Source of the DNA: Macrostomum lignano
Taxonomy: Eukaryota
Reading direction: 5' to 3'
Length of the DNA: 63,613 bases
NCBI GenBank assembly: GCA_002269645.1
Contig: NIVC01004036.1
Coordinates: forward strand, 1 to 63,613
Under the pieces are notes generated by a model, which did no database searches, had not been told where the DNA came from, and worked only from the letters and a program-made list of their open reading frames with translations. The translations under genes were made by a program, and so were the position numbers. Positions 26,564-41,050 of this stretch are shown here, piece after piece; the stretch's first letter is position 1, and the number at the start of each line of letters is the position of its first letter.

Positions 26564-27944
26564 TGTGCCTGACTCAAGCATAATTTTCTAATTAAGCGGC
26601 TTTAGGCAGCTTCTTAGTTAAAGCATTGATAAAGGAATACAAATTAAAATTGTTATATCAAGTGGCCGATTAAAGTTAAACATAGTTGAGCCAAACCAAG
26701 TTGTGAATTCCCATTTGGCTATAGTCGATTTGGTTTTGACCATAGACAATAGACGAAAAAGGCAAATAAGTTGATGGTTTGGCCATAGACATCAGCACAA
26801 TGAAGAATGCATTTGTATTCCTTCAGCCATGCTTTAAAAAACACTGATCTAATTTGAGTTTTTTCAACCCGAGTCTATGGCTGAAACCGGTCAATCCGAC
26901 GTTTCGTCGCAAAATCCGTTAGTAATTCGCGATCAATATGCCCAGAAGAAAGTAGGCTAAAAGTATAAAATTATCTTGCAAGTGACCTGTCTTTCCCAGG
27001 CCGAGTTGGTCTCTATAGAATCCAGTTAGTTATCAGCAATGGGATCATAGTTGTGTTTGCTTATTAGCTTAGCCCGTTACGTGCACCATGAAAAGCTGAT
27101 TAACTCAATTACTCAATCCATGCAATGCTGTTTAAGTCTGTTCAAATAAACTTAAAATACAAAGCGTGTGTGTTGTATGCCAGATGTTTTGCATTACCTG
27201 TTTCGGCTGTTTGACTTGAATAGCTAAATTTTAGGCTTGAAATTTTCTGATTATTTTAATCAAATAGAGCAGGCAGTACTACTGATTGCAAGTAGCAGTA
27301 TGGGGCTTCCGGTGGTGGTCTACATTAACCATTGCGCTGATAGTACGCATATAGAATATCTTTAAAATTTTGAACTGCATTGAGCTGCATATGGCTGAGT
27401 ATCCTATACCCTAAAACAGTTTTATTATTAACTACTAATCTTTTCGTAAGTACTTGAATAAAGAAACATCCTCAAATTGTCATAAGCCTCTGAGAATAGA
27501 AACTTAACTCATCTGGCCACTACACTATGTAAGTCACTCCTATAGCCACACTAACGATCATTACTGTAACAACAATGAGAGTCCATCCGATAACCACTGA
27601 GTCACTCCTACATGCATAATTGCAATGAAATCGCTTCTGTAACGACACTGAGGGTGCGTGTCACCTACATGTAAATGCTTAATCACATGTGTAACATCAA
27701 TTTGAGTCACTCTAACAACTACTGTATTAGAATTGCTATTCTGTAGCCACAATGTCACTCCTATAGCCACGACTTAAGTAATTAATGTAGTACAATGATA
27801 GTCACTCCTATAGTCTCATTGAGAATCACTCCTATAGCCACAGTGAGATTCACTCCTATAGCCTCAGTGAGTCAAGTCACTCATATAGCCACAGTGAGAG
27901 TCACTCTTATAGTCACAGTAAGAGTCACCCCAGCTAAATGTATA

Positions 27945-28410
27945 GCCACAATGAGAGTCACCCATAGCCACAATGAGAGTCACCCATAGCCACAATGAGA
28001 GTCACCCATAGCCACAATGAGAGTCACCCATAGCCACAATGAGAGTTACCCATAGCCACAATGAGAGTTACCCATAGCCACAATGAGAGTTACCCATAGC
28101 CACAATGAGAGTTACCCATAGCCACAATGGAGTTACCCATAGCCACAATGAGAGTTACCCATAGCCACAATGAGAGTCACCCATAGCCACAATGAGAGTT
28201 ACCCATAGCCACAATGAGAGTTACCCATAGCCACAATGAGAGTTACCCATAGCCACAATGAGAGTTACCCATAGCCACAATGAGAGTCACCCATAGCCAC
28301 AATGAGAGTCACCCATAGCCACAATGGAGTTACCCATAGCCACAATGAGAGTTACCTATAGCCACAATGGAGTTACCCATAGCCACAATGAGAGTTACCT
28401 ATAGTCACAA
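27945..28410. repeat. 22-bp array (atgagagttacccatagccaca) between convergent MRPS17 and tubulin
   Basis: About 20 clean copies, with degenerate related sequence from about 27530 to 28790. Confidence 0.93.
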
Positions 28411-29139
28411 TGTAATATGTACATGTAAGCCACTCCTACTTGTGTAGCCTTAATGAGAGTCATTAATGAGCCGTACAATTAATGCGATTCACTTCTATAG
28501 CCACAATGTGAGTCACTCCTACATGCAATGAAAATCGCTTTTGTAACCATAGTGTGAATCACTAACAACTACAAGAAATACTATTCTGTAACACAATGAG
28601 TCACTCGTATAACCACAATGTCAGTCACTCGGGTGCAAGCATTGACATGTATGCCTTCTTACTGCCGGTGTTCCTTGTCGAAAAATAATCGGGTCTTATT
28701 TGAAAGTCACTCCCAAGCCACTTAAATTAACCTGTATCAGGAGAGTCACTATAAACACACAATAAGATGTGCACTGAGTATAGACACTATAGACAGGATC
28801 TCAGCACTGTCCTATTCAGGATTAGCTTCAAATCAGAGCAGAATAAATGAGAAACAACTCAGCGATCGACTTAAACAGTATTTTTTTATTTTTTTAGAGG
28901 TCTTGTACAAAATATAAAGAACGTCATGTTCGTTGATCTGTTGTAGTTTGCTTTACTTGCTATACAACTAAAAATAGCACGCGACTGGCCTAGTCTGGGC
29001 TGATGTTAATCATTCTTCATTAAAAGAGATATTGATCACTTCGAAGCCGTAAATTGATCGCATCTTTCATTCAGAAAGAAAAAATTCAATTTTAGTCTTT
29101 CAGCGTGAGTTAGAGTCTTTCACTTCAACAGCTTAGAGC

Positions 29140-30579
<1,440 letters not shown>

Positions 30580-30699
30580 GGTGAGACTTGGGGAGCTTGG
30601 AGAAGCGGGTTAGAGAGAGGGTGTGTAAGTTGTTGCGCTGGTAGAAGCAGATGTCTAACGAGACTCTGGCTTTGGCGATAAAGAGGAGCCCGGGGCGCG

Positions 30700-31012
30700 C
30701 CGCGTGCGCCTATTTATCAGCGCCGGGCGGGGCTGGCGGGGCTGCTGGTCGGTTGGGCGGCTGGGGTTGGCACTCGGCGTTGCTAAGAGCTCATTGGGCT
30801 GGTTTAGGACGCTTTAGCTGCGTTTCCAGGGCCGCACTACGGTTGCTAAAGCGAGGAGGCAGCTGGAGAGACGCAGGTCTGCGGGAGGGTCGGGTGAGGT
30901 AAGGCCAATGCACGCTGCAAGCCCATTGCAAATGCAGGGACTGTACACAGGAAACAATTATCAATAGCTCTTCCTCTGCCCCATTCCACCCCCTTTTCTG
31001 CTGCTAAGCAAC
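30700..31012 (-). promoter_or_regulatory. Alpha-tubulin promoter: TATA-like ATAAATA, CCAAT, GC boxes and three RFX-like sites
   Basis: tatttat at 30711-30717 on + strand, ctcattggg near 30790, gttgctaag at 30779, gttgctaaag at 30842, gctgctaagcaac at 31000-31012. Confidence 0.6.
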
Positions 31013-31784
31013 CATCCAGCGCGGGGCAGTGACAGGTAGGGTTGGGGTTAGAACAGGGGTAGAGAGAGAGAAAATTGCATTCTTCTTGTCTGTCTCACCC
31101 CTTCTCCATTCCTCTCACGTTTCAGCTGCCCCCCTCTTTCGCTGCCTTTGAGTCTTTTAGCTTGCGCTGCAGAGTCGGAGAATAATGGAGCTTTTCTAAA
31201 TTCATTGAATGTACGGTATTGTGCAGAGCACGCGCAGGTGCAGCAGCTTATACAAGTAACTTTGTGGGTTGAGGTTGAGTCATCGCTACCTTGTCTCTCT
31301 CCATCTGCCTCAAACGCTAAGCGTCAGAGGGCTTCTCCTTACTCTCGGCTCGGCCTGTTTAAGCGCGTCTCTGTCGCCAGGACAACGGTCAGTCCCCCTC
31401 CCCGCCCTCCAGCACTGCAGTTTCGTATGCACGCCCACGGGCTTAGTTACCACCTGCCGCCTCACCCCAAAACTGCTTTTTCGTTGGCCTCAAACTGGTT
31501 TATTCTAGTTGTTTTCCAAACCCATTATGCTTGGCTAGTTTACGCAATAGAGAATCGTTTCTTTCTCAAACAGGTAAAAACTCGATAAGAAGTTTCCAAA
31601 AACTCTCTGCTTTAGCAAAAAGGAGAGACCCAAGACAGTTTTTTAGCTTTGGCTTAGTTGGCGACACAATTTCAGAATTCAAATCAAATGTAAATAATCA
31701 CCGCTGTAAAGCTTGCAAAAATGAGACCCAGAAATTAGAAGTTACAGGGCGGTCAGAGCAAAAAACTGACAAGGCTGAAGGGGA

Positions 31785-33015
31785 CAGGGGTGCTAGAAGG
31801 GGACAGGGGTGCTAGAAGGGGACAGGGGTGCTAGAAGGGGACAGGGGTGCTAGAAGGGGACAGGGGTGCTAGAAGGGGACAGGGGTGCTAGAAGGGGACA
31901 GAGGTGCTAGAAGAAGATAGGGGTGCTAGAAGGGGATTAGGTGTGCTAGACTAAAAGAGGGACAGGGGTGCTAGAAGGGGATTAGGTGTGCTAGACTAAA
32001 AGAGGGACAGGGTGCTAGAAGGGTATTAGGTGTGCTAGAAGGGGATTAGGTGTGCTAGAAGAGGGACAGGGGGTGCTAGAAAGGGGACAGGGGTGCTGGA
32101 AGGGGACAGGGGTACTAGACGGGGACAGGTGTGCTAGAAGGGGATAGGTGTGCTAGAAGGGGATAGGTGTGCTAGAAGGGGATAGGTGTGCTAGAAGGGG
32201 ATAGGTGTGCTAGAAGGGGACAGGGGTGCTAGAAGGGGACAGGGGTGCTAGAAGGGGACAGGGGTGCTAGAAGGGGATTAGGTGTGCTAGAAGGGGATTA
32301 GGTGTGCTAGAAGGGGATTAGGTGTGCTAGAAGGGGATTAGGTGTGCTAGAAGAGGGACAGGGAGTGCTAGAAGGGGACAGGGGTGCTAGAAGGGGACAG
32401 GGGTGCTAGACGGGGACAGGTGTGCTAGAAGGGGATAGGTGTGCTAGAAGGGGATAGGTGTGCTAGAAGAGGGACAGGGAGTGCTAGAAGGGGACAGGGG
32501 TGCTAGAAGGGGACAGGGGTGCTAGAAGGGGACAGGGGTGCTAGAAGGGGACAGGGGTGCTAGAAGGGGATAGGTGTGCTAGAAGGGGACAGGGGTGCTA
32601 GAAGGGGACAGGGGTGCTAGAAGGGGACAGGGGTGCTAGAAGGGGACAGGGGTGCTAGAAGGGGACAGGGGTGCTAGAAGGGGATTAGGTGTGCTAGACT
32701 AAAAGAGGGACAGGGGTGCTAGAAGGGGACAGGGGTGCTAGAAGGGGACAGGGGTGCTAGAAGGGGATTAGGTGTGCTAGACTAAAAGAGGGACAGGGGT
32801 GCTAGAAGGGGATAGGTGTGCTAGAAGGGGATAGGTGTGCTAGAAGGGGATAGGTGTGCTAGAAGTGGATAGGTGTGCTGGAAGGGGATAGGTGTGCTGG
32901 AAGGGACAGGGGTGCTAGAAGCTAGGGGACAGGGGGTGCTAGAAGGGACAGGGGTGCTAGAAGGGGATAGGTGTGCTGGAAGGGGACAGGGTGCTAGAAG
33001 GGGATTAGGTGTGCT
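31785..33015. repeat. G-rich 20-bp array (gtgctagaaggggacagggg), about 60 copies
   Basis: Two GGGG runs per unit. Variants include ggataggt and ggattaggt. Confidence 0.95.
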
Positions 33016-33314
33016 TTTTAATTTCAAAAATATTTAAACGCGAGAATACTGACTAATGCTGTGACAATTTACTTTAATTATTTATACTCTTTGTAGTTAA
33101 AAGCTAATCAACTACTGGTAGTAGTCTCGTAAAGTTTTTTTTTGCTGCAGCAGTTTTTTATTTACGAAAAAAGAGTAAAACTGATATTTTCTGAAGATGG
33201 AGGCCTATTTGTATCATTGCCTGACTCTGAGCATGCCGACAAATTGAAAGTGCACTGTCGGTCTAGCGGAACTAACGAGTTACGGCTGACGAACAGTTAA
33301 AGAGTAACACCTAA

Positions 33315-34828
33315 TCAGCTGACACAGCTAGACTGACACAGCTCCACTGACACAGCCAGACTGACACAGCCAGACTGACACAGCCAGACTGACACAGCCA
33401 GACTGACACAGCCAGACTGACACAGCCAGACTGACACAGCCAGACTGACACAGCCAGACTGACACAGCCAGACTGACACAGCCAGACTGACACAGCCAGA
33501 CTGACACAGCCAGACTGACACAGCCAGACTGACACAGCCAGACTGACACAGCCAGACTGACACAGCCAGACTGACACAGCCAGACTGACACAGCCAGACT
33601 GACACAGCCAGACTGACACAGCCAGACTGACACAGCCAGACTGACACAGCCAGACTGACACAGCCAGACTGACACAGCCAGACTGACACAGCCAGACTGA
33701 CACAGCCAGACTGACACAGCCAGACTGACACAGCCAGACTGACACAGCCAGACTGACACAGCCAGACTGACACAGCCAGACTGACACAGCCAGACTGACA
33801 CAGCCAGACTGACACAGCCAGACTGACACAGCCAGACTGACACAGCCAGACTGACACAGCCAGACTGACACAGCCAGACTGACACAGCCAGACTGACACA
33901 GCCAGACTGACACAGCCAGACTGACACAGCCAGACTGACACAGCCAGACTGACACAGCCAGACTGACACAGCCAGACTGACACAGCCAGACTGACACAGC
34001 CAGACTGACACAGCCAGACTGACACAGCCAGACTGACACAGCCAGACTGACACAGCCAGACTGACACAGCCAGACTGACACAGCCAGACTGACACAGCCA
34101 GACTGACACAGCCAGACTGACACAGCCAGACTGACACAGCCAGACTGACACAGCCAGACTGACACAGCCAGACTGACACAGCCAGACTGACACAGCCAGA
34201 CTGACACAGCCAGACTGACACAGCCAGACTGACACAGCCAGACTGACACAGCCAGACTGACACAGCCAGACTGACACAGCCAGACTGACACAGCCAGACT
34301 GACACAGCCAGATTGACACAAGCCAGACTGACACGGCCTGACTGACATAGCCAGACTGACACAGCCAGACTGACACAGCCAGACTGATACAGCCAGATTG
34401 ACACAGCCAGACTGACACGGCCAGACTGACACAGCCAGACTGACACAGCCAGACTGACACAGCCAGACTGACACAGCCAGACTGACACAGCCAGAGCCAG
34501 ACTGACACAGCCAGACTGACACAGCCAGACTGACACAGCCAGACTGACACAGCCAGAGCCAGACTGACACAGCCAGACTGACACAGCCAGACTGACACAG
34601 CCAGACTGACACAGCCAGATTGACACAGCCAGACTGACACGGCCAGACTGACATAGCCAGACTGACACAGCCAGACTGACACAGCCAGACTGACACAGCC
34701 AGACTGACACAGCCAGACTGACACAGCCAGAGCCAGACTGACACAGCCAGACTGACACAGCCAGACTGACACAGCCAGACTGACACAGCCAGATTGACAC
34801 AGCCAGACTGACACGGCCAGACTGACAT
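33315..34828. repeat. 14-bp array (gactgacacagcca), about 108 copies
   Basis: Perfect for about 950 nt, then variant blocks. It explains the three 490-531 aa SVWLCQ ORFs. Confidence 0.98.
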
Positions 34829-36097
34829 ACTGTAAAATAAAATCTGGGCTTACTATTTTAAAGATGTACGCAGAAAAAAATCTAAAAGCAAAGAAAATGA
34901 AAGAAAGCATTTTTTGGCTAAGCGTGAGAAAATATTGTCAAGCAATAAATGAAGATGAATTAATTGAACTGAATGCTGAAAATTAATTAGTCAACACACG
35001 GAACAATTTAGCAATCAGAAATAATTGGAACAGACATATAGCTACAATAGTAGTAGAATGCCAATTTTTTTCTTTAGAGAAATTGAAAAATTAATACTGG
35101 CTAGTTTATTGACGTTGGATTGGGCGCAGATACGCTGGCAAGATGTGGCTTTACACACACTATTATTAAACGCAAAGTCCTAATTGATTGTACATTTCAA
35201 ACTAACTCACTGGCCAACAATAGGCCTGTTTCTAGGCCTGCTTGCTTATGCTTAGGTTGACAGGGCAAATAAAAATTGGAAAGTGGAAGGCTAAGTAACC
35301 GGCCCGCGTGTTGTTTGCTTTGCTGAGTGAATTGAATGTCCAAGTTGGGGTTTGTGGGTGTACAGTCAGTGTACAGTCATCTCTAGCTGTATTACCCTAG
35401 CCTTGCTTCGTGTGCACTGGCTCCAATGTACACTCGGGTCCGCGTCCGGCCCATCCCTCTTTCCCTCTCTCTATGAGTGCGTACATGTACAATGCAGGGG
35501 CAGAGGGTTTTTAGTCCAAACCGGGCAGAAGACGCAAGCAAGCTGGCAAGCTCCCAGCCTTAACTTACATAAAAATAGAGAGCCAATACTTTTATATTCC
35601 CAGAAAGCTCTCCGCGTGTGAAAGCGAGACAGGGGAGTTGCTCGGGCGAGGAAATACGATAAACACAAGTCAATTCTGTGCTAAATTTGGTAAGCCTTTT
35701 TGTCATTTTCTGTTGCATTGCTTTTGTTTTCACTTTTCACCTATATTAATCATTATAATATACAGCTTAGTCCCGAGATTATTTATCGGGATAAACCTTG
35801 GGGCTTAACCAAGATCTTATATAGGCCCATTTCAAGTGGCTTATTTCGATTCAAGCTTGTGAAATTTTTGAGCTTGTGAAGTTTCGAGCTGTCTAACTTT
35901 GCTTAAGAAAAGCTGTATGTATGATTTCATAGCTATATATTATACTTATCTGTTAGTGTGCATGTTTATGCTCAAGTATGTAAAGGTATCATGATACCTA
36001 TAATTACGAGTATCGAATTCTTTGCAGAACCCGCCGTTACTAATTAATTAAAGAATTCAATCAATTGTAAACCAATTGACACAAAAAAGTTGTCAGA

Positions 36098-37228
36098 ATG
36101 CGACTCCACATGTCCCGCTTGTTGGCGGCCAGTTTCCTGCTAACAATGCTATGCTTTGTCTGGCTATTCAACACACTGCACCGCCCGTCCGATTCGTCTG
36201 TTGTCAATGGCGAAAAGCTTGTAGTTGCCAAAGCAATCGAACGCATCGTACGCCGAACCTTTGTTAGCCTTGCCCCGTCGCCTGCTGTAAACAGACTCGC
36301 GGCGGCGCCAACAAAGACCATAATCAAAACAAAGACTGAGGATAGTAGTCGCAGTTCGGCGCCAGTCAGCTCGAATCGAATACCGTATATTTTGCACCAG
36401 ACTTGGATCACGGACACCATACCGGCCACCTATGTGCCATTCGTCAAGAGCTGGCTGCCGCACAATCCTCCGTTGGATTATTATTACTGGACCGATGCCA
36501 AATCCGTGCAATTCGTTGCCAAGCACTATCCCCACCTGCTGGCCATGTTCAAAGGCTACAAGGCGCACTTGAACCGGGCCGACTCTATTCGCTACATGCT
36601 GCTGCATCACTATGGCGGAGTCTACGCTGACATGGACATGATGCGGCTGCGGGATCTCAGTCCGCTGCTGAACAGCACCCAGGAGCTGTGCTACCTTAGC
36701 CAGGAGCGCTATGAGATCACCAGACTTTACTGGGGCCTCAACAGCAGCGTCATGAACGCCATCATGCTGAGCTCGCCCGGCCATCAGTTCATGGAATTCG
36801 TGGTGAACTCGCTGCCAAAGTACGCGCATCATTCGCCAAACGTGATGGAGTCTACTGGGCCATTCTTTCTGCAAAATGTCTATAACGAATTCGTCAGGTC
36901 GCCGCCATGCCGCCTGTCCGAGCCTCGCTGCCGCTGCGCCGTGGCCGACCCGTACCTGTTCATGCCGCAAATTGATCCAATTCGAATACCGAATTTCCGC
37001 GCCAAATGCAGCAGCCGGGGCGGCTTGGCTAGCAACGCCCGCGAGGCCTGCTCGATGCTGGATAAAATCAATTGGCAAAATGATATTCAAGTGATTGGCA
37101 AGAATTCTTATACGCATCACGGATTTCTGCATTACGGATTCGAGAATCAGAGGCTGAAATTCTCTTCCGAAGCTGATATTGGTAGCGTACGACAGGGCAA
37201 GAAGATCTTTGGCGTTGATTTTTATTAG
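36098..37228 (+). CDS. Type II membrane glycosyltransferase, GT32 / DXD sugar-binding family (SUR1/CSH1/OCH1-like), 376 aa
   Basis: N-terminal hydrophobic helix LLAASFLLTMLCFVWLF and S/T/P-rich stem, then IPYILHQTW, RADSIRYMLLHHYGGVYADMD (DXD), NAIMLSSPGH and ESTGPFFL. Confidence 0.88.
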   Translation: MRLHMSRLLAASFLLTMLCFVWLFNTLHRPSDSSVVNGEKLVVAKAIERIVRRTFVSLAPSPAVNRLAAAPTKTIIKTKTEDSSRSSAPVSSNRIPYILHQTWITDTIPATYVPFVKSWLPHNPPLDYYYWTDAKSVQFVAKHYPHLLAMFKGYKAHLNRADSIRYMLLHHYGGVYADMDMMRLRDLSPLLNSTQELCYLSQERYEITRLYWGLNSSVMNAIMLSSPGHQFMEFVVNSLPKYAHHSPNVMESTGPFFLQNVYNEFVRSPPCRLSEPRCRCAVADPYLFMPQIDPIRIPNFRAKCSSRGGLASNAREACSMLDKINWQNDIQVIGKNSYTHHGFLHYGFENQRLKFSSEADIGSVRQGKKIFGVDFY

Positions 37229-37333
37229 AACAGCTTTTTTGATGAGCTAGCTTTTCTGTTATTAATTTAGCATTTTCCCGATGACTTTTGCAATTTGTGT
37301 GAATAGGTGTGCAAAATACTGCATCTAGAATAC

Positions 37334-37655
37334 TGACACTGGATTAGAGAATTAGCTGACACTGGATTAGAGAATTAGCTGACACTGGATTAGAGAATTA
37401 GCTGACAGTCTGACACTGGATTAGAGAATTAGCGGACACTGGATTAGAGAATTAGCTGACACTGGATTAGAGAATTAGCTGACACTGGATTAGAGAATTA
37501 GCTGACACTGGATTAGAGAATTAGCTGACACTGGATTAGAGAATTAGCTGACACTGGATTAGAGAATTAGCTGACACTGGATTAGAGAATTAGCTGACAC
37601 TGGATAAGAGAATTAGCTGACACTGGATTAGAGAATTAGCTGACACTGGATTAGA
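37334..37655. repeat. 23-bp array (ctgacactggattagagaattag), about 14 copies
   Basis: Starts about 100 nt after the glycosyltransferase stop codon. Confidence 0.95.
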
Positions 37656-38044
37656 CTGAAAGGAAATCCCTATTGATGTTAATTGCTACCTGGTAGGTGT
37701 TTAAATTTTACAGTTCATTTCTGTTATTCACCTATTAAGCTGCGGTAATTTAAAAACAAGCACTTACAAGACGTAATAATTTTGCATTGTCTAATTGCGA
37801 ATTTTCGGGCACAAATCCTTGACACTTATCCTCACTTCGAGCGTTGTCAGATTTTATCTTCTTTTAATTGAACTGTTCTTCTGATGCTTTTCTCTGTCTT
37901 CATTATTTTCTAAGCTGTTTTTGTTGTTGCTATGCACTATGCTGTGTTTGATCTCTATAAATCTCTCTTTTCTATTCCCTTCGACCCTATTTTCTATTGT
38001 TTCGATCCCCTCCTCAATGGCCCGTAGTCATGCGCTAGATTCTC

Positions 38045-38082
38045 TATTTGGCCCTTCAGGTAAAAAGGTTTGCCGACCCCTG
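38045..38082. mobile_element. Solo terminus of a hAT (Charlie/Buster-like) element
   Basis: tggccc...aggtttgccgacccctg followed by ctctatat, which resembles the NTCTAGAN target preference. No partner end found. Confidence 0.45.
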
Positions 38083-38654
38083 CTCTATATGAACACTTAT
38101 TATGAAGACATGGCTTATGCATGACCATGCTTTGCCAAAATCAGATTTAGTTGTTATTGTTAAGTTTTTAATTACATGTGCTTGAAAACTTTATAAACTT
38201 TATCAACTTTATAAACAAAGCGGGTTTCAGTACATGATGTACTCGTAAAGCTAAGCTATGATCTCCAGTTGGTATGCAGTTATTGCAATATAAAATCATG
38301 TAGTTTCTAACGTGATGTTTTAATTGCTTTGAAACACTTTAAAATCTCCCGACAAACTAATTCTCCAAGTCATTGGTTGACGCAGTCGACAGTTGGCGAG
38401 AATATATATGGTAGGCATTGGAAGTAGGTAGCTATTGCAGGTATCCAAATTTAGTATATCCTACCTACTGATGATATGCTATGCGATCAGTAGTATAATT
38501 TGAGTTTTTGCGCGTATATATGGTAGGCATTAGAGGTAGAGTTTGAGAAGTACATACTTCGTATTTTATGGTGGTGGATTTTATGGTGGGACAAAGCCAA
38601 GAATGCATATGACTAAATTCTTATATGTACATTATTTTATGAATCTATCGGTGT

Positions 38655-38775
38655 TGTCAGTGCTCATTTTGGCGCCGCAGGCACTCATTATAGCGCCGCA
38701 GCCACTCATTTTGTCGCCCTGAAGCAAAATTATTGATTTCCACAACGGGTCACAAAGTGGGGTGGGGGGGGGGGA
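38655..38775. mobile_element. Dispersed repeat fragment (MITE-like), second copy at about 58400-58560
   Basis: Both loci share ctcattttggcgcc and aagcaaaa.tattgatttccac.acgggtcacaa.gtggg. Confidence 0.6.
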
Positions 38776-39249
38776 CAAAGCATTGGCAGTATGAGACAGG
38801 CCAGGCCTACGTGAACTAAGGTCTGCGATGCGACAACGCCTTCCCCTATTTTCAGCAGGTAAAAGGCTGGTGGAGATCTGCACCCTCTATTTGCCTCTAG
38901 AAGCCGCAGACTTGCACCCCCCACGCTGTCTCGCAAGTCGATCCAGGGGTACCCGTCCCCGCGAGTGTTCAAGGCAGACCCTAGTGCTGCCGGAGAGCCT
39001 GAGCTCTGGCTACCATCCAGTGGCTTTTGCCGGGCTTAGGTATGCTGGTCTGGCTCGCAAGTCCGCAGTCCGTGGTACTGCTTAACGTACCCTCTAACGC
39101 CTTGAAGGTGTTTGACCATGCCGATGGGCTGGAAGGCCGGGGAGTAGTCCGGTCGCTAGCGCTCCCCCTCCTGGTGTCAGGCCATGCAGCCTTGAGGGTT
39201 CTTTTGGCCTACTGCCCGCTCTGCTGGTGGATCAAAAGGTAACCGTGAG

Positions 39250-41050
39250 CTCTGTGCCTAAGGGAACGGCAAAGTCTGGCAGATCCGACGAAGTTCAACG
39301 GGTTCGGCTTGAGCGCAAACTCGCTAAGCAACGCGCCAAGCGGATGGCTTAACAATTGGAAGCTGCTGGTGCTGGGGCCGAAAAACTGCGAAAAACTGCG
39401 GGTGCCACGGCGCAAAAATGGTCACTGCCAACAAGAAGGTTCCTTCAGGAGCTACATGTACTTTTGCGGCAAAGGCCAAGGCCAGAATCCCGGGAGGATC
39501 ACCAAGGGTCGCGACCAGGACTACTGATCAGGAGCTGATAGTCTCTGGACTACTGATCAAACTACCGATCAGCTCCCTGCAAAAAGCGTGGAGTGCTGTT
39601 CACTCGATCCTAACTGATTGGGCTGACTAGCTGTAGAGGAGGGAATCTCCATCGGCATTGAGCGGATGGTGCTATGAAGCACATTAGTTTTTATTGCTTC
39701 TAGCAGTGAGGAGGACGCTCAGCAGCTGCCGACGGTCTCCTTAGATGCTGACATCGACAGAGCTAGCTTTTTTTTCGCGGAGGCCAGAGTCCAAAGACAA
39801 TACCCAACGTGGTTTTTTCCCTATCAAGAGCACCATAGCTGGACCAGACGTTGTCCGCCGGGTCCTACTGCGCCTGAATCCCGATCTCCCTGCTAGTGGA
39901 CTGGTGTACCACCGCAAGGTCCGCAGGGGGAAACGGGCAATTCAATCGTCCTCGGCCTTTCCAACGCTTGGGCGAGTCGGTACCCTAATGAATCTTCTTT
40001 CCAACTAGGTACCCTCAAGCTGCGCCGAGGAAAGTCTGTCAAAGGGAAGGCTACTGCCAACCCCGGCAAGAGCGGGGCGCAGTCTGAGGCCCAAGGAAAG
40101 GCGCAAGCCAATCCCAAAGTCGATGCTGCGCCTCGCCCCTCTGTTAGCAGCAAGTCGGCGACTACGGCGACGGCTCCGGCCAAGCCCCGGGAACCGAACC
40201 TGCCAGCCGGAGAAGGAGTCGAGGACGAGGCCGGGTCTTCAGAATCCGAGCTCTCCTCGGCCACTCTCGTGGGGTCTGAGGGCAAAGATGCTGGTGAGGA
40301 AACCTCCCTCCATCCTGTCATCGGAGCCCGAGGACTCTGCCGGGAAGGGGAGTTGGTGGGATGAGGAGACCATGAACGTTGACCAACTCTGCCATCTCCC
40401 GGTCAAGCCCCAAGGCCTGGGACGAGGCTGTCCAAGTCTCCTTGATGGCCTAGAGCTCGAGCCAGTCTTGCATTCAGTACAGTATGGCTAAGCTAAGCTG
40501 CTAAAGGAGCGAAATTCTGTCTGCAAATAAATTAACAGCATTGCTTATTCGCGTCAGTAAATCTGATGAGCTGTACAGGCCAGACCTTATCTTTATCCAG
40601 GAAACCTGGATGCGCAACGGGCCCAATGTTGCCCTGTCAATGTTCCTTCTGACTACTCTGATTTTTGTGTGGCCCGAGGAACAGTCGCCCAAGAGCGGCC
40701 AACCTCGCTGCCAGCCATTTCCAGGCTTGACTGAGGACTCCTGATCTCTCAGATGGAGACCTCTGTGCCACCCAATCTAACCATCTCTCTCCGCGTACGT
40801 GCCGATCGTTGTCTCGATCTATATTCAAGGTGAAAAAACCCTACATCCGAGAGTCTGCGTGCTACGCCCTGCGCAGTACTGCGAATCCCAGAACGCTGAG
40901 TTGTGCCTGGGGGCGACCTCAATGCATACCATTGGCACCACTGGGGCAGCAAAGACACCAAATACCAGAGGAGAGGAGCTTCTGGCCCTCATCTCTAACA
41001 CAAGCCTCATGCTCTGCAACCGCGAAAGTACTCCTACGAGGCTGAAATCC
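39250..41050 (+). mobile_element. Decayed non-LTR retrotransposon: ORF1-like region plus apurinic endonuclease domain (R1/I/Jockey-like)
   Basis: DLIFIQETW near 40580 and GGDLNAYHWHHWG / PNTRGEELLALISNTSLMLCNRESTPT near 40910-41040 are APE motifs, split by frameshifts. Confidence 0.65.

Noticed and set aside
26870-26930. Possible Penelope-type hammerhead ribozyme (cgaaacgtc on the minus strand)
   Set aside because: The CUGANGA core and a paired stem II are missing.
33311-34910. Three 490-531 aa Cys/Trp-rich ORFs
   Set aside because: All three frames are translations of the 14-bp satellite.
37334-37655. CRISPR-like regular repeats here and at 51189 and 54855
   Set aside because: Units are head-to-tail with no unique spacers, there are no cas genes, and the context is eukaryotic.
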